DNA of 64,000 bases from Octopus sinensis (Eukaryota). The translations under genes and the position numbers were made by a program. Positions 40,061 to 52,707 of this stretch are shown piece after piece (the first letter of the stretch is position 1; each line of letters opens with the position of its first letter). Where the stretch lies: contig NC_043005.1 in the NCBI RefSeq assembly GCF_006345805.1, forward strand, positions 27,094,001 through 27,158,000, written 5' to 3'. The notes under the pieces were generated by a model that ran no database searches, was not told where the DNA came from, and saw only the letters and a program-made list of their open reading frames with translations.

Positions 40061-41740
40061 AATATTTTTTTCACACTCTGTCAAAGCATTAACCAGCTGA
40101 AACTGGCTTTGGCTCTGTAATACAAATGTCTTGTTTTTCATAAGTTTTGAATTAAAATCTTCCACAAAACCTTAGTCACAATTTATGTTCCTAACACTAG
40201 CTGAATGATAAATAAGTTATTTTACTAAATGCTTTGTTATATTTAAAGTAATTGAAAGAAATACAGAGCATCTCAACAGAAATACAGTAACGAAAGGCAC
40301 ATTTTTTACATTTGGCAGATATTTGTCCTCATCTTGTTGTTAACACGTTTCGGCTGATATACTCTCCAACCTTCATCAGGTGTCTTGGGGAAATTTTGAA
40401 CCTGGGTTCTCATTCCTAAGATATTATTATTATTATTATTATTATTATCATTATTACTATTATTACTATTAAGGTCACTGCTTGGAATCGAACTTGGAAT
40501 TTTGGGGTTAGTAGCCTGCGCTCTTAACCACTACTCAAGTACTCAAGTTCGAAATTTCCCCAAGACACCTAATGAAGGCTGGAGGGTATATCAGCCAAAA
40601 CATTGTGTTAACAACAAACAAGATGAGGACAAATATCCATCGAATGTAGATAATGTACATAATTCCTCGTCTCTTAAATATAGAACTGTAGTAACGAAAA
40701 GGTTAAATAGATTATCTACATCAGCTATTTGCTGTCAGAACATGGCTTCCTACAAAATCTCTCTGCTTCCAGAAATTCACCAACACTGCTTCTGATGTAC
40801 CTCTGCTTCTTTTACTCTTTATGGTTTTTTTACAGTTCACTTTTTCTCTCCTTTTGTGTAACGTGAAGAATTCTAACCTCCATTGCTGTCTTTCTTAACT
40901 TGACTTGTATGTCTTTTTTCTGTGTCCTCTTTGGCTTTATGATAAGTTATAGTGAGTCTGAGCACCTTATACAAAAGCTCATTCATTCACCCATCTTTGA
41001 GTTCAAAGCCCACTAAGGTCAACTTTGCCTTTCATCCTTTCGGGGTCAATAAAATAAGTACCAGTTACATAACTGGGGTCAATGTAATTGAACTGGCCCT
41101 CCTCACCACCCCCTGTCGAAATTGCTGGTCTTGTGCCAAAATTTGAAATCATTGTTGTTGTTTAGTTAATTATTATTATTAATAAACAAAAGGCACCAAA
41201 TTAACAGAATTGTTAACATATCAGAGAAAATGCTTAGAAGCATTTATTCCAGCATTTTACAAATCCAGCTTTTGGTCCTTTTGGGCTTGATAAAATAAAT
41301 ACCAGCCAAATACTAGGGTCCATGTAATTGTCTTGCTGCCTCCCCTCAAATTTGATGGCCTTGCACCAAAATTAGAAAATAATTTTTTTTCCTTTCTTTC
41401 TTACGAAAACTTTTAGCTTATTTTGCTGAATATGATGGAAAGTGTCAGCTGCCCACAGCCAGCAGACTAAGGCAACACTCGTTTACTGATCATGCTTCAA
41501 GAACCCTGCAGGGAACTATCATCATTGTCATTATTATTATTATCAATTGTAGTATTGAAAGCTATACATGTGCCTTAACCCTCTCTTTTGCTTCTTTGTC
41601 CCTGGCTACTTATCCTTACAGTTATATCTATTTACGTCCTGTATCTGCTTCCCTGGTTTCAATAGCCATCAACAATTGAGACCACTTGGTGCTTTCTAGC
41701 ATCAGACTTCATTTGACCAATGAAAATATAGTATGTTCTT

Positions 41741-41777
<37 letters not shown>

Positions 41778-42032
41778 ATACATCATTGTATCTGTATACA
41801 AATGTATAAAAACATATTTGTGTCATGTGTGTGTGTGTGTGTTTATACACTAACATATTTACATCTGTTCTTGCACTGGTGATACATAAAATGTGTCACA
41901 TTCAATATAACTATATAACTATAACTATATATATATATGTATATATGCATGAATGTATACACACATACATATACATACTTGTCCACATACATATATATAT
42001 ATAAGTGTATGTGTATAGATACATGAGTGTGT

Positions 42033-42078
<46 letters not shown>

Positions 42079-44456
42079 TATAGAGTAAGAGCAGGGAAAA
42101 TTGCATCAAAAAATTTATCACAGAAAATATACGTCCAAAATAATATTGTATTAATAGATTGATATATAAATTGTCATCATCATCATCATTGTCATTTAAC
42201 GTCCACTTTCCATGCTGACATGGGTCGGACGGCTTGACTGAAGATGGATGCGCTTCCTAACGCCAACCACTCCAAGAGTGTAGTGGGTGCTTTTACATGT
42301 CACTGGCACGAGGGCCAGTCATGCAGTACTGGCAACAACCACACTCAAAAGGTGCTTTTTACATTCCACCTGCACGGGAGCCAATATGGTGGCACTGGCA
42401 AAGACCATGCTCGAATGTTGTTTTTCACGTGCCATCGACACATGACCCAGTAAAGCAACGCTGGCAACGATCACGCTCAAATGGTGCTTTTTATGTGCCA
42501 CCGGCAGAGGAGCCAGTCAGCAGCCCTGGCAATGATCCCACTTGGATGGTATACTTATTTAAAAAGTTCAAAATATCTTACGAACATTTGATGAATGTAT
42601 TACCCTTTGAAATGAAATCTAAAATCTAAAAGCTGCCATTCTTTGTTTGCTGTCTGCAAGTCATGCATTTCATTGATGTTCAGTTTCAGATGTAGATCAA
42701 GCTTTCTTTCTCAAGATGAGATGTTAGTCTGTCACAGGGTTATTCACTGGGCTCCTCACAGGGTTACTCAAAAACACGTGTGATCTGGTCCAGGAATCAA
42801 AGCCATGATTTTACAATTAGGAGTCCAACACACTAACCACTAAGCCATGCACCTCCACACAAGGATGTGTGTGTGTGTGCTTTCACATATACACACAAAT
42901 GTGTATCAAAGTAATTTCAGTTGAGAAGGGAGATAAAGTATCCACACTTCTTGTATGTGGTGCATTAATATAATCCTGTTCAGACGTAGAATGCATCCAT
43001 ATTTCAGTTTAATCATCATCCTCATCGTTTAATGTCCGTTTTCCATGCCAGCATGGGTTGGATAGGTTGGACGATTTGACTGAGGTCTGGAGAGCTAGCA
43101 GCTGCACCAGGCTCCAATCTGATCTGGCAATGTTTCTACAGCTGGATGCCCTTCCTAACACCAACCACTCCAAGAGTGTAGTGGGTGCTTTTTACACGCC
43201 ACCAGCACAGGAGCCTGGCATTGATCACATTCGGATATTGCATTTTAAATGCCACCATCATGGTGGCCAGTCAGGGGTACTGGTGTCAACCACGTTCAGT
43301 TGGTGCTTTTTACGTGCCATTGGCACAAGAGCCAGTCAGTGGGTACTGGTATCAGCAGTCCGGGGTTAGTATTTAAGATATCCACACTGAGTCTACAAAT
43401 TGATCCTTTCCATCTATCCAGTCTATGTTGGTAAAACACAGATTTAGGTTTCTTCTTGGTATATAACTGTTCCAATACTCATTGATACTCTGAGTTGTCT
43501 TTTCTGTGTAAGTTTAAAGGTTTTTTTGAGAGCCTCAATTCTTTAGCATTTAAATTGACAATATATGTCCCAATTGCTCTGTTTTATGTTCAAACTGGCC
43601 AGATCCAGTCTCTTACATCTATCTTATCATGTCATTCTGAAAAAATAAGCAATCAGGCATAGGAGTGGCTGTGTGGTAAGAAGTTTGCTTCTCAACCACA
43701 TGATTCCAGGTTCAATCACACTACATGGCACCTTGGGTGAGTGCCTTGTACTATGGCCTCAGGCTGACCAAAGCCCTGTGAGTGGATTTGGTAGACAGAA
43801 ATTGAAAGAATCCCATCATATATATATATATATATGACTCAGGAAAACCTGGGATGAGGTGGTGAAGCACGACCTTTGAGCATTGGGCCTTACTGAGGCA
43901 ATGACTAGTGACCAAGACCTTTGGCGATATGCTGTGCTTGAGAAGACCTGACAAGCCAAGTGAGACCATAGCCCATGGCCTTTGTCATTGGGTGTAACCA
44001 TCCCACTTATGAGCACCCCTCATTCATTGGACAATAAATTTTGTTTGTTAAGACCTATTGAGGCAAGTGAAATCAGAATCAAAATCGCTGATGCCACTGA
44101 TGACAGTACCACATGATTGGCACTCATGCCAGTGGAACGTTAAAAGCACATCTGAATGCGGGGTGTAACCGGCCGACTTATGGGTACCCTTCATTCATTG
44201 GACAATGAACTTTGCTTGCGAAGATCTATTGAGGCAAGTGCAAACAAATCAAAATCACTGACGTGGCCGATGACAGCACTGCCTGATTGGCACTCATGCC
44301 AATGGAACATTAAAAGCACATCCGAACGTGATCGTTGCCAGGGCCACGGATTGGCTCCCGTGCTGGTGAAACATGAAAAGCACCATTTGAGCATGATCGT
44401 TGTCCAGCGCCGTCAGACTGGGTCCCATGCAGATAGCACGTAAAAACACCTTGTGA

Positions 44457-45380
44457 GCTAATGCTGCGTCAACTGCTGCTGCACAACCTGCAGAGAATGA
44501 GCACCAGCGTAAACTTCGACGAACAGCTAATGCTGCATCAACTGCTGCTGCACAACCTGCAGAGAATGAACACCAGCGTAAACTTCGACGAACTGCTAAT
44601 GCTGCATCAACTGCTGCTGCACAACCTGCAGAGAATGAACACCAGCGTAAACTTCGACGAACAGCTAATGCTGCATCAACTGCTGCTGCACAACCTGCAG
44701 AGAATGAACACCAGCGTAAACTTCGACGAACAGCTAATGCTGCATCAACTGCTGCACAACCTGCAGAGAATGACACCAGCGTAAACTTCGACGAACAGCT
44801 AATGCTGCATCAACTGCTGCTGCACAACCTGCAGAGAATGACACCAGCGTAAACTTCGACGAACTGCTAATGCTGCATCAACTGCTGCTGCACAACCTGC
44901 AGAGATGAACACCAGCGTAAACTTCGACGAACTGCTAATGCTGCATCAACTGCTGCTGCACAACCTGCAAGAATGAACACCAGCGTAAACTTCGACGAAC
45001 TGCTAATGCTGCATCAACTGCTGCTGCACAACCTGCAGAGAATGAACACCAGCGTAACTTCGACGAACTGCTAATGCTGCATCAACTGCTGCTGCACAAC
45101 CTGCAGAGAATGAACACCAGCGTAACTTCGACGAACTGCTAATGCTGCATCAACTGCTGCTGCACAACCTGCAGAGAATGAACACCAGCGTAAACTTCGA
45201 CGAACAGCTAATGCTGCATCAACTGCTGCTGCACAACCTGCAGAGAATGAACACCAGCGTAAACTTCGACGAACTGCTAATGCTGCATCAACTGCTGCTG
45301 CACAACCTGCAGAGAATGAACACCAGCGTAAACTTCGACGAACAGCTAATGCTGCATCAACTGCTGCTGCACAACTTGCA
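44457..45380 (+). repeat. 69-bp tandem array, about 13 copies, at the Helitron 5' end
   Basis: Unit gctaatgctgcatcaactgctgctgcacaacctgcagagaatgaacaccagcgtaaacttcgacgaac(a/t) encodes ANAASTAAAQPAENEHQRKLRRT. Confidence 0.95.
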
Positions 45381-48300
45381 GAAAATAAAAAACGAACGCA
45401 CTACACGCCTGGTTAGGAATGCTGCCAACATGTCTACTGCACGAGCTTCCCACACCTTACAACAGAGATATACTATGCTGCAGATATCCGTTCAACAAAG
45501 AGCTAATAGACGTGGAATTTTCAACGCCATGCAGCTCACGATGGTCATTAAAGGCTTTCGACTACAACCCTAAGCTTTATTATGATTGTCACCCAGATAT
45601 GAACATTAGAGATATGTCCATCACTTGATCTTTCTGCAATGCTAAGAAGTGGTCAAGAGAAACTCCTGCTATGTGTTGCGCTAATGGAAAAGTTAACCCC
45701 ACTCCGCTGCAGGATGCACCACAGCTGTTAAAGTTACTCTACACTGGCACAACTACAGAGTCGAAACATTTCCTCAATAACATCCGGAAGTACAATTGTG
45801 CATTCCAAATTACAGCTTTCAGCGCTAATGTTGTTCAAGAAGGCGGGTTTATGCCTACTTTCAAAGTGCAGGGACAGATTTACCATAGGATAGGATCACT
45901 TGAACCTGCTGAAAATCAAGATCCTTCAACTGTACTTTGTAGGCAATTTATATGAACAAGCCACCCGACGAAACTCCATTTCCACTGGCACTAACTTTCA
46001 CCTGATAATGCAATTTCAAAACCTTTTGCACCAGAAAAGCTGCTACGTACGCAGCTTCAAGTATGCCTTGGAAACAGAAGCTCTATCAAATTTTAATGTT
46101 GTCATTAATGCTCAGAAAAGACCTTCTGTTACAATGCACCCACATGCAATGAAATAGCGGTACTCCTTCACGGTGAACAGCACAATCTCAGAGACATTGT
46201 CCTTAGACAACACTCTCCAACGAATTAGTGAAACGCACCGATCCTACGATACGCTTCAATATCCACTTCTGATTGTTAACGGTGAGGACGGCTACCACAT
46301 CGGTATACTACAGCAAGATCCCCAAAAGCGTAATGAACATCTCAACAAAGCAGTATCCTGCATGGACTTCTACTCATACCGATTTATGATCCGAAACAAC
46401 TGCTGTGATCACCTCGAGAGCTGTTTCATCGATTTGCAGTCGATATGTGCGCAAAAATGGAATCAGAGAGATTGTATTTCATCAGGTCACATAAAAAAAA
46501 TTGCGTTCTGACAGCTACATCCATCTCCGAGATGTCATCAACAATGATGCTGCTCCAACAAGCATAGGAAGAGTTTGCATCTTGCCCTCCACGTTCACTG
46601 GAAGTCCCCGATACATGCATGCAAGAACACAGGATGCAATGACCTTTGTCCGCCACTACGGCAGGCCTGATCTGTTCATAACTTTCACATGCAATCCTAA
46701 GTGGAAGGGAGATTCAGACCGAACTCTTCTTCGGCCAAAAGCCTAAAGACAGGCATGACCTCCTCGCCCGAGTTTTCCATCTGAAGTTAATCACTCTCAT
46801 GGAGCTCATAAAAAAAACGGAAGTCTTCGAACCCATACAATGTGACATGTACACAATCGAATGGCAAAAAAGAGGCCTTCCACATGTTCATATCCTGCTT
46901 TGGCTGTCAACGAAGATCAAATCCACTGACATCGACAAGATAATCTCTGCAGAGCTTCCTGATCCAGCTTTACACAAAGTACTATACGAAACAGTTACGG
47001 CAAACATGGTGCATGGTCCATGTGGGCGTGGATTCAACATAAACTCACCATGCTTGAAAGACAGTGTATGTTCGAAAAGGTTTCCAAGGAAGTTCCTACA
47101 AGAAACTCAGACAAGTGCTGATGGGTATTCATCATAGAGACGGAGAAAACCAGAAGACGGCGGTTTCACAGCAACTATCGGACAGCACGCGGTTGAAAAT
47201 AGGTGGATTGTTCCCTACTGCCCAATCCTGTCAAAGAATTTCCAAGCCCACATCAACGTTGAGTTTTGCAACTCCGTTAAGTCCATAAAGTACGTTTGTA
47301 AGCATGTGAACAAGGGTTCTGACACTGCAATGTTTGGACTTCAACAAGAATACTGCCAGGATGAGGTGATGCACTATCCGGTGGGGCGGTACTTAAGTAG
47401 CAACGAGGCTTTCTGGCGCATCTTTGGCCTTCCACTTCACCAACGACACCCCGCCATTCAACAGTCTGTTAGAAGATAGTGCACAATGGGATGCAACTTT
47501 GGGAGAGGCTGCTTTATCAGAATCACCTACAAGTCTCAGGGCACTATTTGCGGTATTACTACAGACATGCGAATTGTGTGATCCTGCCACACTATGGCTC
47601 AAATACAGAGACAACCTGGCCGAAGACTTTAAGCGGCAAGCTCAACTGCTCTATCCTGGCATGGAGGGTATCGGCAATGAAGTCTACAATAAAACTCTCA
47701 TTGACATTGAAGACAGAATTGCTACACTCGGTGGAAATGAATTGTCCACGTATGGCCTGCCACAAACATTCAGGCCTTCCCACTGCTGTCATTCATGAAA
47801 CATCCAATGGCACTCAAGCGCTTTCAAAGTACATTGTTGAAAACGAGCCTAAATTACTTCTGGACCAGCTGCAGGCCTACAGAACTATTCTCAACAGTGT
47901 ACGCCAACGCGAGGGACGAATCTTCTTCCTGGATGAACAAGAAAAACATTTATTACGAAGCTTCTCTTTGCAAAGTTAAGCAGCACCAGGACATCGTGGT
48001 AGCTGTGGTTTCCTCTGGGATTGCAGCTACTTTGTTATCCGGTGGCAGGACAGCACACTCGACTTTTAAACTCCCTCTGAATTTAGCAGCATCCGTGATG
48101 CATTCATGCAACATCAGCAAAAGCACAGATCAGGGGCAGATACTTAAAAGGTGTCATCTAATCGTCTGGGATGAGTACACCATGGCTCACAAGGGAGCTT
48201 TGGAAGCATTAGATAGTGCCCTGAAAGACATCCGAGACTGTCAGGCTCTAATGGAAGGTGTAACACTTCTGTTGTCAGGTGATTTCAGGCAAACTCTTCC

Positions 48301-48638
48301 TGTCATTCCGGAAGGCACAAGAGCAGATGAGGTCCAAGCATGCCTGAAGTCCTCTGCCCTGTAGCATCATGTTACGACCCTCAGCCTTACCACTAACATG
48401 AGAGCTCAGCTACACGGCAACCAAATGTCCGCAAAGTTTTCACAGGACATTTTGACACTTGGTGAAAGCAAGATGCCTCTCGATGCTGCAGGAGAAATGG
48501 AAATGTGGCCATTTTCCTGTTATTAATTCTGTGGATGAGCTCAAATACAAAGTCTTTCCCAACTTCACAGAAAACTACCAAAATCACAATTGGCTGTGAG
48601 AAAGAGCAATATTAGCTCCAAAAAACGTCGCTGTTAAA
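44457..48638 (+). mobile_element. decayed Helitron (RepHel: N-terminal repeats, Cys-rich region, HUH Rep, PIF1-like helicase), truncated at both ends
   Basis: Fragmented ORFs include ETPAMCCANGKV, NIRKYNCAFQ..GFMPTFKVQGQIYHRIG, LPSTFTGSPRYMH..PDLFITFTCNPKW, TIEWQKRGLPHVHILLW (HUH), SIKYVCKHVNKGSD, SSGIAATLLSGGRTAHSTFKLP, LIVWDE and LLSGDFRQTLPVIP. Many stops and frameshifts. Confidence 0.95.
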
Positions 48639-48844
48639 AAAAAAGTTCATTTTCCATGTTTTTTTTTATGTTCTGGTTTTTTTTTTGACGTCCTGTACCC
48701 ATATATGCATGTATATACACACACACATATATATGTAGGTATGTACATATATGTATGTATATACATATATATTATTATTATTACTATTATATATACATTA
48801 TTAAATCTCAGAACGAGATGTAAACAGTAATCGCTCGACAATGT

Positions 48845-48931
48845 AAAGTATAATAGCCATCTCAATATGGCTAAGCTACAGTAACCCCCCCCCCTTTGTG
48901 GTTAGCCATATTGGGATGGCAATTATACTTT
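48845..48931. repeat. 30-bp inverted repeat hairpin
   Basis: aaagtataatagccatctcaatatggctaa pairs with ttagccatattgggatggcaattatacttt (2 mismatches) around a 27-nt loop. Confidence 0.85.
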
Positions 48932-49351
48932 ATATATACATTGCTTGCCAACTAATGTTGGTATGTTTACGTCCCCATAAATTAGCAGCTTTACAAAAGA
49001 GACCAATAGAATGAGTACGTGGGGTCGATGCTACTCGATTCCTTTATGCGAAGCCTGCAAGGTTTAGTATGTGTTACATGGTGTTGATTCAGTAATTATC
49101 GACCACCTTTAATTATACTCAATGTTAGACTCTTTGAGGTGTTTAATGTATGATGCTAATGTCATGGAATTTTTGGGGTGAATAATTGAATTCTTGTGTC
49201 CCCTATATCTATTTTTAAAATCAATAGTACTTCCTATCTAAATTTTCCTGTGTCACATAGGGCTTACTGATCTAACTTCGCAGCCCACTCTCTATATATG
49301 TACATTGCATGCAAATCACACAGACGTAGGTGTGTATGCATATACACCTCA

Positions 49352-49770
49352 CGTTCGCCAGCGCGCATTTTTTTTTCATATTCGTTTACTACACGTTGTT
49401 GTACACATATTACCTATTACGCGATTTAAAAAAAAAATGGGGGGGGCTGTGTTGAGACGACTCGGAACACTCACGATGTGAATTTTCCGAGTCCTCTCCC
49501 CCACCCCCGTTCACCAGCGCGCATTCTTTTTCATATTTGTTTTCTACATGTTGTTTTACACCTATTACACTATTTTTTTTGTTTTTGCTCGGATCAAACA
49601 CTGGAGTTTAAAGGTCAAGGTTTGACGATGTGAATTTTCCGAGTCCTCTCCCCCACCCCCAATGGCGAGCGCGCATTTTTTTTCACATTCGTTTAGAGCA
49701 AGTTGTTTTACACCTGTTACACTATTTTTTTTTCTTTCTTTTTGCTCGGGTCAAACCCTTTAGTCTAATT
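49352..49770. repeat. about 155-bp CpG-rich tandem repeat, 3 copies
   Basis: gcgcgcattttttt..attcgtt...ttgttttacacct.ttacac recurs near 49352, 49508 and 49660, and gatgtgaattttccgagtcctctcccccacccc occurs twice. Confidence 0.75.
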
Positions 49771-50475
49771 CCACCCCCTTTTTGTTTCCTTTGCCAGAGG
49801 GGTTGGAGAGGCGGAAAATAAAAAATTTGAAAACGTGTTTTGTGGGGTTTCCAAAATCTTCAACTTTTAAGTAGACTCCAACCGGAAAGTTCGACAAGCT
49901 AGAAACAACAGCCAAACCGAAGATCCACTTTCTAAATACGAAATACCAAAAGAGAAAAGGAATTTAAAATGTTATTTTGTGTGTGTGTGTGCAAAAACTA
50001 AATTTTACATACCTCTCTTAATTCCGAAAGACCCTCAACCACAACATGTTCACTTTCTGTCACAGACAGATACGCTGGCGGAGTTAGTTATTTATTTTTG
50101 AAAAATTGAAATTTTATAAATTTTTTTTTTTTCAGAATCATAATCTCCGTATGTTTCTATGTATTTCGCAAAAAAGAATTTCTTATAAAACCCCCAGATT
50201 TGGGGGTGGGTTGGGTTGGGTTAGGGGAAATTCAAATTTTGAAATGCCGATTTTTTTTTTTTGCAGATTCGGAATCTCTGCAGTCGAAAAAGTAGGTTTC
50301 TGTAGAATAAAAAAGACAAAAAAAAAAAAAACGAAAAGGGGGTGCAGTCCATGTCCCTTACCTCCGCCAAGTAATTTACCAACATTAAACCAAAAATTAT
50401 CAAGAAAGTATCAATGAAGCAAATGAAAAATTGTTAAAAAAAAAAAAAATTAGGAAAATAATAGGTAATAAGGCA

Positions 50476-50887
50476 ATCTTTCGTCTCTAGTAGACCTTTC
50501 CGTCGATTTCCGTAAAAAATTTTTATTTTTTTACATATGGGCTTGCGGGAACTTTTGAAGTAATAAGAGCGAAAGAGACTAAGAGAAAGCGATTGTATGA
50601 CGAGGGAAGTTCTTTTGAAGTTACCGTGCATGGCAAGCATTGATGTACATGTGTGTGTGTGTTTGATGGGGTGTGGGAGACAGACAGTATGTTGTGTAAG
50701 TGAAGTGCTTCTGTTAGTGTGTGTGAAGAAACAGAGTAATGTGTGAAAGAAAGAGATAACTGAAATTTTTTACTCGGTGTATGTGTATATGTATGTATAT
50801 TACTTCAAAAGTTCCCGCAAGCCCATATGTAAAAAAAAAATATTTTTTTACGGAAATCGACGGAAAGGTCTACTAGAGACGAAAGAT
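50476..50887. repeat. 90-bp inverted repeat pair with a 232-bp spacer, downstream of TRMT6
   Basis: 50476-50565 is the reverse complement of 50798-50887, apart from small differences in the A/T run. Confidence 0.9.
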
Positions 50888-51202
50888 CGCCGGTAACCCG
50901 GTAATAAATATACACACAAAATAAAAACCATGTCAGATGAAAATAAATATGTTTTGTAACAGATTTTACTAAATAAAAAATAATTATACAGGTGAGAATT
51001 ACATGAAATAAAAATGTGGTCTGAAAACTGGTGGAATAAATTTCTGCTGTAATTCATCCCATTTTGGACAGTTTTGTTTTGTTAGAAAAATAAAATAGAA
51101 AGTTATGTGAAAAACACGTGTTTTTTTGTAATATGTATTATTATAAAAGAGTGAGAGAAAGTATGTGTGTGTGTGAGATAAACAAGAAGTATATGGACGG
51201 AC

Positions 51203-52707
51203 TTAGGTTTTGAGTACAGTGGTAGCTACTAATAAATAACCACCAGTACCACTCATGTTTACAAGAGGGTGGGTCCTCATAGGTAAAACCTGAAACTCTC
51301 GCAACCATGTTTCTGTTAACGGAAATTTACCAAACATCCAAGTTCTCGCAACTGAGCATAACATTCCAACAAACTCTCCTTGTATTGGGAATACACGACG
51401 ATTTGTCGTGATGGTCGAAGATACCGTAGTAAGTTTAATACTAGAGGGGTCGGATAAAATTTAGAAGCAATTATAATACAATCCAGTTCTTTACTGACCA
51501 TCAGGCTTTGTGTTGTAACCAACTTTTTTACAAAACTTTCACGTTTTGCTTCACGATTTTCAAATGTCCCACGATATCGTTTTTTCTCTGGTTTCACACT
51601 ATCCACAGTTTCATTTTGTTTTTCCTCTAAAGATGTCGCTTTAGAATCAGTAACGCTGCTGTCCACGTTGTTTTTGCTTTTATCTTCGCAATTGTCAGAT
51701 TCTTCATTCTTCATTTCACTTTTGTTATCATTTGTGTCTTCGGGCGAAAGTTCTGGGTTCGATTCCAACTCATTATCGGTACCTTCAGACTTAACAATAG
51801 TAGCTGCAGTTTCGTTACTTTCCTCGTTGTCAGGACTAGTTTCAAGTTTGAGCGCTTTCACTTTTGGTTCGTTTTCGTCAACGGCAGCAGGTTTACTATC
51901 ATCATCAATTATAATGTTACCGGTGTGTTTCAGTAAATTTAATTTCTCCATGGGGAACGAATGTAAAGTATCCATGTGGTCTTGATCGAAATCGTAACAG
52001 TCAACAGCAGGACGTGAAGGATGCTGACCATGATAAACATGGATCACATTTCCTCGGCCACCTAACCGCTCCATAACTGCCCCAACAACGATTCCAAGAC
52101 AAGTGTCTACCACAGCAACGTTCATATCGGCACGAATATTACCTAGCATGAGAATCTGAGCCAAAGAATCGATTCTCAAGTGACAAATTTTGGCAGGGCT
52201 TTTCGCAAAATACATTTCGATTAGTATTCTTGTGGTAGGTCGTAGAACTACGAAGACTAGCATGTATTTTCGTTTCTTTTTCTTAATATATTTGTCCTGG
52301 GCGTATTCAGTTTTCAGAGAAAATGTCGAACTGTTTTCAATAAGACGTCCAACGATGCTTTCACCAGCCAAACCATCTTTTTTCATGGCCATTATTTCTT
52401 CGTGTGACAACTGCTGGTTACTGTCTTTACCAACAATGTTGCGGTTGTCAACACCCTTTCCACAATCAGGAATGTTAACCTTCCACGAATGACGATCTAC
52501 TTGGACGATGGTGTCATTCTTCACTTCGAATCTGGAGCCATACGGACAGCCAACCATGCCATCCAGTTTAAATTTGTGCTTATCAACGAAGACATAACGA
52601 TTTAAACGAACCTGCATGATTCTATAAGAGTCATCACGCTTCATGACGATGTGGTCCCCTTCCTTTATGATCTTTTTGGCTGACATCATAACAACACTAT
52701 CTTCCAT
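51203..52707 (-). CDS. TRMT6: tRNA (adenine-58-N1)-methyltransferase non-catalytic subunit TRM6/Gcd10, single coding exon, with a 1-nt frameshift at about 51318
   Basis: The 464-aa ORF has TRM6 motifs (IKEGDHIVMKR, DNRNIVG..NQQLSHEEI..MKKDG, LIENSSTF..KTEYAQDKYIKKK, LRIDSLAQIL). Adding one base at 51318 continues the frame as RLTETWLREFQVLPMRTHPLVNMSGTGGYLLVATTVLKT*, the conserved C-terminus, with stop at 51203-51205. First ATG at 52707. Confidence 0.95.

Noticed and set aside
44457-45380. Regular array superficially like CRISPR
   Set aside because: Contiguous identical units with no unique spacers, in a eukaryotic context, with no cas genes.
44461-45573. ORF-track proteins made of MLHQLLLHNLQRMNTSVNFDEQL repeats, and the antisense AAVDAALAVRR repeat ORF
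   Set aside because: These are alternative frames of the Helitron 69-bp array. The charged ANAAST..EHQRKLRR frame fits Helitron N-termini better.
51668-52492. Plus-strand ORFs of 105 and 100 aa
   Set aside because: Antisense shadows of TRMT6.
44457-52707. TRMT6 as a Helitron-captured gene
   Set aside because: It lies about 2.6 kb beyond the truncated helicase, and I found no Helitron 3' hairpin/CTAG terminus enclosing it.
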